A stretch of DNA of 64,000 nt. It comes from a virus. The position numbers and the translations under genes were made by a program. The stretch covers positions 71,445 to 135,444 of the IMG/VR virus record IMGVR_UViG_3300029258_005166. One strand, given 5' to 3'. Positions 18,895 through 27,345 of the stretch are shown here, piece by piece; the stretch's first letter is position 1; every line of letters begins with the position of its first letter. The notes beneath the pieces were generated by a model. That model did no database searches and was not told where the DNA came from. It saw only the letters and a list, made by a program, of their open reading frames with translations.

Positions 18895-19242
18895 TTATCT
18901 AGAATGACTTGGATTTCGCCATTCTTCTATACATCGAGGGCATGTATACCCATGTCTCTCATTAAATTCTTCACAAGCGGACGATCCCCCGTGATGGAAA
19001 CAAAAGTGTGCGTAAGGCAATTCGGCCTCTTTGACAGCAATGTGTGTGCCTAAACGATGCCACCAACCTTTTCCGACGTATTCATAGGTATTCCCCTGAT
19101 GGCCTCCGCAATGTTCGTTCCTTCCACAGTGACATATAGTTCGCCATCTGTAATGGTAGTTCCCCAGTGGACATCGGATCAAAAGCCAAGGAAAGTATTT
19201 AACACATAGACGATGGAACCAAGTTGACCTTGCACTAGCCAT
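18895..19242 (-). CDS. Cys/His-rich hypothetical protein
   Basis: ORF preceded by ACTCTGTTA-N4-ATG motif. Confidence 0.55.
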   Translation of the reverse strand: MASARSTWFHRLCVKYFPWLLIRCPLGNYHYRWRTICHCGRNEHCGGHQGNTYEYVGKGWWHRLGTHIAVKEAELPYAHFCFHHGGSSACEEFNERHGYTCPRCIEEWRNPSHSR

Positions 19243-19255
19243 GTCTTAACAGAGT

Positions 19256-19282
19256 AAGCCCGCTGGCTTTGCCAGCGGGCTT
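19256..19282. repeat. Perfect 12-bp palindrome, TTT loop
   Basis: AAGCCCGCTGGC-TTT-GCCAGCGGGCTT + T-run on + strand. Confidence 0.85.
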
Positions 19283-19285
19283 TTT

Positions 19286-19669
19286 TTAGTTTTTGCCTCT
19301 ATCTACTACGTTCATTTGAACACGATCCGCTTGCCAAAACTTCCTGCCAAATTCAACAATGACATCAGGATCAAATGGCTTACAAGAAAATAGATTAAAC
19401 AAGACTAATCCAGTTGCCAAAGCATGGATAACAATGTTGCTTGTTTTAATCCATTGAAATACACTTATTCCTTTAAGATGAGGTTCTGTGGCCTCCATAT
19501 CCACCCAAAAGATTGGCTCGCCATGAGCCTCCATATCTGAAAGTTTGATGACTTCATCGAGAAAAACCCTCAGATTTTCCGTGGTTGCCTTGGCAACGTC
19601 ACAACCATGAAAGTCAATTACGGCCTCTAATCCGTAATTCCCAGTCGAAAAATGTTTGTTGTATGTCAT
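19286..19669 (-). CDS. S-adenosylmethionine decarboxylase-like proenzyme
   Basis: IDFHGCD, GIS....TSNIVIH, NLFSCKPFD pattern. Confidence 0.75.
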   Translation of the reverse strand: MTYNKHFSTGNYGLEAVIDFHGCDVAKATTENLRVFLDEVIKLSDMEAHGEPIFWVDMEATEPHLKGISVFQWIKTSNIVIHALATGLVLFNLFSCKPFDPDVIVEFGRKFWQADRVQMNVVDRGKN

Positions 19670-19710
19670 TCATGGGACCTCCAATAGATTAACTATTTAG
19701 AAGAGTAATT

Positions 19711-19980
19711 TCAAATTTTAGTAAGATCAAAAGAGGTCCATTTGAATGGATTTTTAAGTCGGGCTAGGTCCTTTGGATCGGCTATGCCGGGACGAACCAT
19801 TTTCAAAGGTTTTTGGCTGTATTCAATGTCGTAATATGTTACAAAATCGGCAGCGGTAGGCGTCACGGCCAGAGGAGGATAATTGCCCAAAGTATCCCCA
19901 ATGTCGGTGTATAAACCAAGTCTTGCACCGGTTCTAGTATCGTTTTCAGTTAGCCACAATCGAAAATTAAGGAATTTCAT
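19711..19980 (-). CDS. Small putative internal head protein
   Basis: N-terminus MKFLNFRLWLTE, capsid-targeting-like. Confidence 0.5.
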   Translation of the reverse strand: MKFLNFRLWLTENDTRTGARLGLYTDIGDTLGNYPPLAVTPTAADFVTYYDIEYSQKPLKMVRPGIADPKDLARLKNPFKWTSFDLTKI

Positions 19981-20513
19981 ATCATTTTTTGGAGATCGTT
20001 CAAAGCTCCATGACCTCCACCTCCCGGAGCCGAAGGCCCAGTAATTAAATATCGTTTCTGTAAATCTGGATCAGTTGTACCTATCGCTGCATCTATATCA
20101 ACAGGCTGAATGCCTACATTTCTTAAACGATCAGAAATGTCTTGCAAAACACTTGGGTTCACCGGCCACTGATTGTTTTGGGCTAGTCTTTCAAGATCGA
20201 AGATAACCTTTTGAACTATATCGTTTTTGTCTGTTCCCTGAGGAGGTATAGCAGTATCATCGGGACCATAAATTGGTCCTGATGATACCTCGTTCCTTCT
20301 TTTTAACCATTCTGAAAAAGTAACAAACCATTCGTTTTTTTTGCGTGGGAGGCCTTTTCTTTTTGTTTTAGCGAAATGCCGAAGTTGTTTTGCCGACATA
20401 CTGTTATACATTTGTTTTGCTGCACCATATAAACTTCCTGGATCGATTTCTCCACGTTTGGCTGCTAAAGCCATTGCTGCTGCCTTTTGTTGTTGTTTTG
20501 ATTCTGCTGGCAT
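19977..20513 (-). CDS. DUF3008-like N-terminal domain protein
   Basis: MPAESKQQQKAAAMALAAKRG...GAAKQMY..MS..QL..FA.TKRKGLP. Confidence 0.7.
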   Translation of the reverse strand: MPAESKQQQKAAAMALAAKRGEIDPGSLYGAAKQMYNSMSAKQLRHFAKTKRKGLPRKKNEWFVTFSEWLKRRNEVSSGPIYGPDDTAIPPQGTDKNDIVQKVIFDLERLAQNNQWPVNPSVLQDISDRLRNVGIQPVDIDAAIGTTDPDLQKRYLITGPSAPGGGGHGALNDLQKMI

Positions 20514-20520
20514 GATGTTC

Positions 20521-21060
20521 CTATTTTCGTTGAAAAAGAGAAATGGTTGTCTTTGTGCCGTCCTTTGAACTAAAAATTATCTGGTTGATTTTTATGGAGT
20601 TATTGTCAAAAGGATCAAGGCCATCATATTTCTTACCCCTTCCTTTCTTGACGTAAGCAATAGTTACATGAGGTTTGTAGATTGGATGACTGCTGGTATA
20701 CTTTAAGCTATCTCTTAGTTTCGCATTCAATTTGTGCAAATCAGGACTACGAACATCAATTTTAATTACATCATATTCATCATCTGAAAACAAAGATATT
20801 TTTCCCAATTTTATGTTTATGGGCTGAATACTCTTTAAGAGTTTTTTGACGGCATCCGGCTCGGAATCGTGGATTCCGTAAAGAACCGTGGCATGAATTT
20901 CATCTTCTCTTCCGAGTTCATGTAATTCATTATCTGGAATGTGAACCTTTCCCCATTTGATGATTTTATTTGCAAGAGCATGGGGTAAATTAACTTGTGT
21001 CGAGGAAAAGTCGTAGTTTGTGTTCTTCTTTTCTTGTAAAAATTGCTGCCAAGTTTTCAT
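20521..21060 (-). CDS. 2H phosphodiesterase, T4 gp57B/Acb1-like
   Basis: Two HxT motifs (HATVLYG, YKPHVTIAYVKKG). Confidence 0.8.
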   Translation of the reverse strand: MKTWQQFLQEKKNTNYDFSSTQVNLPHALANKIIKWGKVHIPDNELHELGREDEIHATVLYGIHDSEPDAVKKLLKSIQPINIKLGKISLFSDDEYDVIKIDVRSPDLHKLNAKLRDSLKYTSSHPIYKPHVTIAYVKKGRGKKYDGLDPFDNNSIKINQIIFSSKDGTKTTISLFQRK

Positions 21061-21072
21061 ACATTTATATAG

Positions 21073-21103
21073 GCACCTTTTCGCCCTTTGGGCGAAAAGG
21101 TGC
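21073..21103. repeat. Perfect 14-bp palindrome, TTT loop, between divergent genes
   Basis: GCACCTTTTCGCCC-TTT-GGGCGAAAAGGTGC. Confidence 0.85.
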
Positions 21104-21122
21104 TTTTTTAACTAAATAAGAT

Positions 21123-21473
21123 ATGGAATTTTGCAAATGGCTAGAAAATACAGAGTCCATTCACCCGACATTGGAACGGATTACGCAAGATATGTGCAAA
21201 GGAGGAATTTGCACTCCTTGCGAACTCAATAGCGGTTTGTGCGATCAATGGGCAAATGAGGTTTTCGAAAGATTAACCGAAATGGGTATTGATGCCGAGA
21301 TATGGTCCACCGTCTGGGAAAGATCTTATGCGGACCACATGTTTGTTAAAATCGGAAGTAAGTTTTATGACGCAGAAAATATAGATGGAGTAGATGACTA
21401 TATGGAGCTTCCCTTTTTTCAGCGTTCTTTTGCTAAACGTGGCGTCCGAGAACCAGTCCACCGAATTATTTGA
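21123..21473 (+). CDS. Small protein with possible Cys-His-Asp (papain/transglutaminase-like) triad
   Basis: NSGLCDQWA, HMFVK, FYDAE; N-terminus MEFCKWLE. Confidence 0.5.
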   Translation: MEFCKWLENTESIHPTLERITQDMCKGGICTPCELNSGLCDQWANEVFERLTEMGIDAEIWSTVWERSYADHMFVKIGSKFYDAENIDGVDDYMELPFFQRSFAKRGVREPVHRII

Positions 21474-21479
21474 TTGCTG

Positions 21480-21677
21480 CTATTTTTCTTCCTTCTTTTT
21501 TTTCTCTTCATCCTCTTTTTCTTTCAAAAAAGAAGAGAAAGAGCGACCCCTACCTCTACCCTTGCCTCTGCCCTTACCTCGACCTCCTCGATCTAGATCA
21601 TCTTCTCCGCATGGGCCTATTCCTCTTCCAGTACGAGGGCCTTCTCCTTCGGGACCAGTTTTGTCAAATCCAGGCAT
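21480..21677 (-). CDS. DUF5320-like Gly/Arg-rich protein
   Basis: MPGFDKTGPEGEGPRTGRGIGPC + GRG repeats; AGGAG RBS. Confidence 0.7.
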   Translation of the reverse strand: MPGFDKTGPEGEGPRTGRGIGPCGEDDLDRGGRGKGRGKGRGRGRSFSSFLKEKEDEEKKKKEEK

Positions 21678-21760
21678 GTTATTCTCCTTTTAGTTTATTC
21701 ACAAATAGTTACCTTAAGTACATATCCCAACCTATTATATTTAATTGTATTTGTTTTTTC

Positions 21761-21794
21761 TTCTTGAAAAAGCCAAATTCTTGAAAAAGCCAAA
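21761..21794. repeat. 17-bp tandem duplication
   Basis: TTCTTGAAAAAGCCAAA x2, intergenic. Confidence 0.85.
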
Positions 21795-21855
21795 CACCAT
21801 CACTACTGTAGAAGTAGGATGAAATGGTAGAATTTGTGGAACACGGGAGATTCAG

Positions 21856-22032
21856 ATGACATATTTAGACGAGTTCTGTGAATGGTTGAAGAACCATCCA
21901 AACCATGAACCATTGCCACAAGCAATCGGAGAAGCCCTTGGTCATGGCTGTGGAACCGATGATCCCGATTGGCAAAGGCTTGTAGAGCTTTGGAAGAAAC
22001 GACACGAAACCCAGTGCAATTGTGACAAATAG
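21856..22032 (+). CDS. 58-aa hypothetical protein (below ORF-track cutoff)
   Basis: GGGAG RBS; MTYLDEFCEWLKNHPNHEPL... Confidence 0.5.
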   Translation: MTYLDEFCEWLKNHPNHEPLPQAIGEALGHGCGTDDPDWQRLVELWKKRHETQCNCDK

Positions 22033-22068
22033 AGGAATGAAAAGAAACAATTTCTTTCCTCGCCTAAA

Positions 22069-22362
22069 TTAAGCTGTTCCCTTGATGAAATCGTGAAATC
22101 TTTTAATGGTGCCCTTCAATGTGGGTGTTACATTATAAGCTCGGTGTGTGTTAGTTACATACCATGTTTTACCATTTATTGTTGATTTCCAAACTGCTGG
22201 TGTGAGATTTCCTTCAGAATGATGCCATACTGCTTTGGATCGCATTACTTGTTCTCGTTCTTCGGGAGTTAATTGTTTGCGGTTTTTCTTGAGTGTTTTG
22301 AAATTAGGTTCCTTTCGACCATCATGTTTTTCTTCTATTATCCATTCGTAGAAACTTCTCAT
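22069..22362 (-). CDS. Putative internal head protein
   Basis: [12 protein letters not shown]-terminus; TATATA-N5-ATG. Confidence 0.55.
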   Translation of the reverse strand: MRSFYEWIIEEKHDGRKEPNFKTLKKNRKQLTPEEREQVMRSKAVWHHSEGNLTPAVWKSTINGKTWYVTNTHRAYNVTPTLKGTIKRFHDFIKGTA

Positions 22363-22396
22363 GATTTTATATATGCTTTATTTGAGAAAGAAATTT

Positions 22397-22717
22397 TTAC
22401 CTGAAGTTTTCGTTCATTTCATCGGCTTCGGCTTGACTCTTTAGTAGTTTATAAACCACATGTCCTGAGTTCATTGCCCATGCAAGTGCTTCTTTAGTTC
22501 TTCCTGATTCCCATAATTCTGCCACTTGTGTGGCTTGACCTTCGATGACTTCTGCTAGTATGGGATCGTCGAAAGCAATTTCATTCAATGTTGAGGTGAA
22601 GAAATTATCATCGACTCCGTGTTCTAATGATACACCAAGGGAAATGACCGTTTCCCTTTTTAGCTTCGGCAATCTGATTTTGATTATCGGCTTTTTGTTT
22701 CTTCTGTTTTTTTTCAT
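22397..22717 (-). CDS. Hypothetical protein
   Basis: ORF in co-oriented run. Confidence 0.55.
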   Translation of the reverse strand: MKKNRRNKKPIIKIRLPKLKRETVISLGVSLEHGVDDNFFTSTLNEIAFDDPILAEVIEGQATQVAELWESGRTKEALAWAMNSGHVVYKLLKSQAEADEMNENFR

Positions 22718-22738
22718 GGTATTTCTAATGATCTAAAA

Positions 22739-22948
22739 TTAAGTTTCTATCCACTCAAACCATCTATCTATCTCCCATCCAAGCCTGGGATTGAAGTTGA
22801 AAGCGGCTCTGTTTACGAGCCGCTTTCGTATGTGATAAAAACCTTTCTTTTTGCCTAGAGTACAGTGTTTAACAACTTCTAAATCCGACTGACCATGAAA
22901 ATGGTGGCCCGCCGTATTGCCGATGGCTATTTTGTTTTTCTTGTTCAT
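22739..22948 (-). CDS. Hypothetical protein
   Basis: ORF in co-oriented run. Confidence 0.45.
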   Translation of the reverse strand: MNKKNKIAIGNTAGHHFHGQSDLEVVKHCTLGKKKGFYHIRKRLVNRAAFNFNPRLGWEIDRWFEWIET

Positions 22949-22989
22949 TTTTATGCGAGATATACTATATTAGTTATAGTCAATAACAT

Positions 22990-24153
22990 ATGGAGCAAAT
23001 AATGTATCTACAAGACATAGATGGTATTTTACCAGCCCAGAAAGTAAAAATCAAGTATGATTGTAACGGCGGTTACGAGCGGTGCGGCAAGGAGTGGATG
23101 CTGAAGCTCGAAAACGCACAAAAGAACTTCGCCAATAACGACGGCAAGCATATTTGCCGATCCTGCCAAATCAGTAAAAAGAATCCCATGCGGGACAAAA
23201 AAGTACAGGAGAAGATCAAGGAAACCACCATGAAGAGGTATGGGGTATCTTGTGCCCTGAACACTCAGGAAAATATTGAAAAGCGAAAAAAGCTTTTTGA
23301 AAATGAAGAAAGAAAGACCGAGTGGAATCGAAAACGTCGAGAGACTTGCAGGAAGAAATATGGAGCCGACCATGCCGCCCAGTCGGATCAAGTTAAAAAG
23401 AAACAACGGCAGACCATGATGGAAAACTATGGTGTCGAGTTTCCATATCAGTCCGAAGAAATCATGGCAAAGATGAAAAAACACAATATGGAAAAGTATG
23501 GTGTTGAAAATGTTGCCCAGCTTCCAGAAGTTCAAATTAAGATGGCAAAGACGACTCTTGAAAAGTATGGAGTAGAGCGTTACAACGAATTGCCTGAAAT
23601 GCGTGAATATTTGCGAGAGAATTGCCGTGAATGGCTGGCCGAGAGTTGGGCGAATCCTTGGGCCAAGGGGATTACGCGACCGGAGGAGTGGAATCAGAAG
23701 CAGAGGGAAACTGTTGCGGAGCTTGTGGCAAGAGGAGAATGGCACACGGGCGATAAAAACTCAATAAAAGGGCGGTATAGTTCCAAGAAATGCACAAAAA
23801 AAGATCCTTTGTTCAGATCTAGTTACGAACTTATAGTACATATATGGCTTGATGAAAACCGAGATGTTTTGGGCTACGAGTATGAGCCATATATGATTGC
23901 ATATTACGATACTGAAGGAAAGCATAGATATTACTTTCCTGACTTTTTGGTGAAATTCAAAAGAAGTCGGTTATTTTTGCTGGAGGTTAAAAATGACTAT
24001 GCATTGAAGTTCGCGATCAATATCAGCAAGGATAAAGCGGCCAAAGAGTATGCATCTCAAAATGACTTGGATTACGAATTGTGGTCTAATCAAAAAATTA
24101 AAGAGCTTGGTATCGATCACTCTAATTTTCAGGAGCGGTACATTCTCTTCTAA
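22990..24153 (+). CDS. PD-(D/E)XK (TnsA-N-like) homing-type endonuclease with KYGV repeats
   Basis: Repeated T..KYGV motifs; FRSSYE..YEYEP..YFPDFLV..LLEVK. Confidence 0.75.
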   Translation: MEQIMYLQDIDGILPAQKVKIKYDCNGGYERCGKEWMLKLENAQKNFANNDGKHICRSCQISKKNPMRDKKVQEKIKETTMKRYGVSCALNTQENIEKRKKLFENEERKTEWNRKRRETCRKKYGADHAAQSDQVKKKQRQTMMENYGVEFPYQSEEIMAKMKKHNMEKYGVENVAQLPEVQIKMAKTTLEKYGVERYNELPEMREYLRENCREWLAESWANPWAKGITRPEEWNQKQRETVAELVARGEWHTGDKNSIKGRYSSKKCTKKDPLFRSSYELIVHIWLDENRDVLGYEYEPYMIAYYDTEGKHRYYFPDFLVKFKRSRLFLLEVKNDYALKFAINISKDKAAKEYASQNDLDYELWSNQKIKELGIDHSNFQERYILF

Positions 24154-24166
24154 TTCTAATTCAAAG

Positions 24167-24201
24167 AAAAAGCCCGCTTGCCTTTGGCAAGCGGGCTTTT
24201 T
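24167..24201. terminator. Bidirectional terminator-like 16-bp palindrome downstream of the major capsid gene
   Basis: AAAAAGCCCGCTTGCC-TTT-GGCAAGCGGGCTTTTT. Confidence 0.9.
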
Positions 24202-24245
24202 TATTTGCTATAAGTCATTATCTGACTTGCACTTACGGTGTAAAA

Positions 24246-25685
24246 TCAGATCACAAAATTGGCAATGCTCAATCTTGCGTAAAACTTCGCTCCCTCCCTA
24301 AGCAACTTTTTGCCGTACCTGGTAAGTATACCCTTTCGAGGACAAAAGCTATCAGGATCAAGGACGACCGGAGTCTGTGTCAGCGGAACGTAAGGACAAT
24401 AAAAATATCCAGAGTCCATATAGCTGTCACCCTTGTAACCCATCAAGATTTGACCTGTTGGGAACAGAGGATCTTTGTAAAGTCGCCATCTGTTGTTCAC
24501 AGTACCGACATATTGGATGCCGAGGCTGCTTGTGAAGGTCTCAGACGGAGCGGGTGCAAAACCGGCAGTTGCGGTCTCGAAGATCGAGGCAACTTCGGGG
24601 CTCGTTACGAGCCAGTTGCATCCACCGCGAAGAGTCTTACGGTGAACAATGTTGGTAACTTCAACGACCTTGACATAGAGGCTTTCATACTTTTCCTTGA
24701 TTGTGTCACCAAGGGCGGTATTAAAGTCCCAAGAAGCAACCGTACCAGCGTTGTTACGAAGGTCGGTCAAAACTTCACGGTCAATTTCCAGGTTGATTTC
24801 TTGAGCCAAGACGGCGGTCAGTTCGGCCTCGGCATCAAGGTTATGTTGTGAACGAAGGTCCTGTTGGGCCTCGTAGCTCCAGACAGCCTTGAGCTTTCTT
24901 GTCTTAGCAGCGATTTCTTCACTTTCAACAACCAGATTGATTTCTGGGAGATCTTGGTTGCATTCCATGTTGTATTCATACGACATGATGCAGTAGTTCT
25001 CACCAGGGGCACCGTTCCAGGTCAAGGTCATCTCGCCTGTGGTTAGGTCGAGAGTACCGGCAGTAACCTTAGGAGCCGGGGCACCAATGTCCGTGAAAGT
25101 AAAGTTGCTATTTTCGTCAACGACGAAGGTTTGAACTGCCACTCCACCATCATAGATGGTTCCAGTGATTGTTCCAGCCAAAATTGGAGTGTGTTCCAAG
25201 GGGCTGTAAACAGAGAGAACATCAGCACCATCATCTGTAGATGTGGTTTCGTTCTCAACCAACTGGTGGGAGTAGTAAATCGACAGATTGGCATCACCAG
25301 AAGCCAACTGTTGGAGGGAGTTAGCATCATCGCCAGGGAATCCAGCGTTGTTGTCGGCTCCTCTCACGTCGCCCTTGTTAGTCGAATAACGGAAACGCAG
25401 ATAGTAGACCAAACCAGTTGGGCCGAGCAACGGTTGAACCGAGACGACCTTATTGGCGATCAACTGCGGGTAAATTCGTCTAACCAAAGGAATTGAAATT
25501 CGCTTAAACTGAGCGATGTCGCCTGTGTCTGTTGAAACTTCGTTCATTAGACGCTGATTTTCTAGAAGAACGGCGGTGCAAGAACGAGTGTAACGATCTT
25601 CAATGCCGTTCAGCAAACCAGTCTCGCCCCAACGACTTTCCATGACGGCGGCTTCATTCAGAAATTTTGCATTTGCTGATTGCAT
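24246..25685 (-). CDS. Major capsid protein, T4 gp23-like
   Basis: LLENQ, IPLVRR, VQPL.GPTG, AKTRKLKA.WS.E..QDL, EINLEIDRE, FYCPYVPL, TRYG. Confidence 0.97.
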   Translation of the reverse strand: MQSANAKFLNEAAVMESRWGETGLLNGIEDRYTRSCTAVLLENQRLMNEVSTDTGDIAQFKRISIPLVRRIYPQLIANKVVSVQPLLGPTGLVYYLRFRYSTNKGDVRGADNNAGFPGDDANSLQQLASGDANLSIYYSHQLVENETTSTDDGADVLSVYSPLEHTPILAGTITGTIYDGGVAVQTFVVDENSNFTFTDIGAPAPKVTAGTLDLTTGEMTLTWNGAPGENYCIMSYEYNMECNQDLPEINLVVESEEIAAKTRKLKAVWSYEAQQDLRSQHNLDAEAELTAVLAQEINLEIDREVLTDLRNNAGTVASWDFNTALGDTIKEKYESLYVKVVEVTNIVHRKTLRGGCNWLVTSPEVASIFETATAGFAPAPSETFTSSLGIQYVGTVNNRWRLYKDPLFPTGQILMGYKGDSYMDSGYFYCPYVPLTQTPVVLDPDSFCPRKGILTRYGKKLLREGAKFYARLSIANFVI

Positions 25686-25699
25686 TTTTCTCCTTAGTG

Positions 25700-26605
25700 T
25701 TATTTATCTTTTTTAGTTCCCGCGAGGACCTGCATTTGAGCAAGCACGGCAGGATCTAAAGTCTCTACTAACGTTTTATCGGCCTGTGGCTTTTCTTCTG
25801 GAAGCTCTTCTTTATGCTCCTGGATGAGTTCACCATCGGCTGTTCGTCCTCTCCCCGTTGCGTTCTTCGCTTTCTGCTCTCTTTCTTGTCTGTTCTCGGT
25901 AGACTCAGTGAGCATTTGCTCTTGTTGACGGCAAACCTCATTGAGCTTTCCATTCTCTGTGCCAAGTCGAATATTTCTGGCTTCTAGGATCTTTACTTGG
26001 CTTCTCAGATCCTCAATAGCTTGTTGTGCTTCCTCAAGTTTTGCGTTGCAAACACTGTTGTAGTCGTCATCGGAAAGATAAGTAGAAACACTATCGATAA
26101 CCTTATCCAGAACGACCTTGTGTTCAACTAGACGCGGGTCACTTAGAACATCACGACGGACGCTTTCAGCGATTTCGGGTCCTTTATACTCCAAGAACTG
26201 GTGAATCTTGTTGATGAAGTATTCACGCATCTCCTGCAACTTGGTATTGAACTCTTCATACATATCGACATCGAGATTATCATTCTTTGCCTTTTCGGCT
26301 TGAAGCATCTCGAAAGCCTCTTGGTAGCCATCATTCATCGCAGATTCAAATTCTTTCTTCTGCGTTTCAAGACGACCACGAAGGTCCTTAATAATTGCGT
26401 AAGCTTCTTGGTATCCCTGCTCGCCGGTTTGTTCAGCTTGCTTAAGCTCTTCTGTAAACTCTTGATAGGCTTCATGAAGCTTTTCGGTATACTCCTTCTC
26501 CATGTCAGTCTTCGCTGTTTCCAGTTCGCTTTGCACGGCCTCGGTAACCTCCGCGACTTGCTCTTCAGGAAGTAATTTGCTCAACGCTTCAACGATTTTT
26601 TCCAT
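25700..26605 (-). CDS. Prohead scaffold/core protein (T4 gp22 position)
   Basis: Acidic coiled-coil ORF between protease and MCP. Confidence 0.75.
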   Translation of the reverse strand: MEKIVEALSKLLPEEQVAEVTEAVQSELETAKTDMEKEYTEKLHEAYQEFTEELKQAEQTGEQGYQEAYAIIKDLRGRLETQKKEFESAMNDGYQEAFEMLQAEKAKNDNLDVDMYEEFNTKLQEMREYFINKIHQFLEYKGPEIAESVRRDVLSDPRLVEHKVVLDKVIDSVSTYLSDDDYNSVCNAKLEEAQQAIEDLRSQVKILEARNIRLGTENGKLNEVCRQQEQMLTESTENRQEREQKAKNATGRGRTADGELIQEHKEELPEEKPQADKTLVETLDPAVLAQMQVLAGTKKDK

Positions 26606-27345
26606 TACTTTAACCTCGCTTGAATTTCTTTGGCCTTTTTATGAACAATGCCACCAAGGCAAGCCTTTACCAGTTCTGCATTAACTGTATATAAGCCGCT
26701 GGACTCATTTTTAACAACATCGTCGTGTTGTTCGGGTGACACGTTTTCACGTTTGTTACTAACAATCTGTTTTTGAAAGGCTGCGTTTGTGCTTGGATCG
26801 GCCACAGCATCAAACGTAATTAGCTTGTACGACTCACCAATTACGAGGACTCCATTCTCATTAACCTTTCCATTTCCAACACCGCGACTACTGATACCAA
26901 CTCTTACTCCATCGTTGAGCAAAGACTTGATAATTTTTCCCGCTGGTGTGTTAAGGATTATTCCCTCACCCATCAGAGTCTTGCCATCCCACCAGAGTTT
27001 TGTGATCTTGTGGCAGGCCTTCTCAAAATGGATAATAGAGTCCGTTGGGTGATCCAGTTCACCGACTAAACCGCCGTTTTTAATAACTTCATCGAGTTTT
27101 TGAACGTTCTTGTTTAGTACCGCATACGGATACATCCTCTTGTTTTTGTTGACCGCTTCGGCTTCCTGGAATTTGCCCCTGAATTTAAGGGAACTTCCAA
27201 CCTCGGTCGATTCGTGAAGTACCATCTCATTCAAGATAGCACCCACTGTTCCTCCTAGAATTAGTCGATCCTCATAGATCGTTCCGGGAGTCACATCATG
27301 CTCGATAAGCAATTCCATAGAACCTCCCATTAGATTACTGGTCAA
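26605..27345 (-). CDS. Prohead protease, T4 gp21-like
   Basis: NKNKRMY, GELDHP, TPAG, GISSRGVG, FDAVADPS. Confidence 0.95.
   Translation of the reverse strand: MTSNLMGGSMELLIEHDVTPGTIYEDRLILGGTVGAILNEMVLHESTEVGSSLKFRGKFQEAEAVNKNKRMYPYAVLNKNVQKLDEVIKNGGLVGELDHPTDSIIHFEKACHKITKLWWDGKTLMGEGIILNTPAGKIIKSLLNDGVRVGISSRGVGNGKVNENGVLVIGESYKLITFDAVADPSTNAAFQKQIVSNKRENVSPEQHDDVVKNESSGLYTVNAELVKACLGGIVHKKAKEIQARLK

Noticed and set aside
23029-23745. Long antisense ORFs (also 16550-17176, 51485-52114, 15923-16219)
   Set aside because: Shadows of genes or IS ends, without RBS or motifs.
24209-24233. TAAGT-N15-ACTTA as a recombinase or dif-like site
   Set aside because: Single imperfect copy in the MCP 3' UTR and no integrase in the window.
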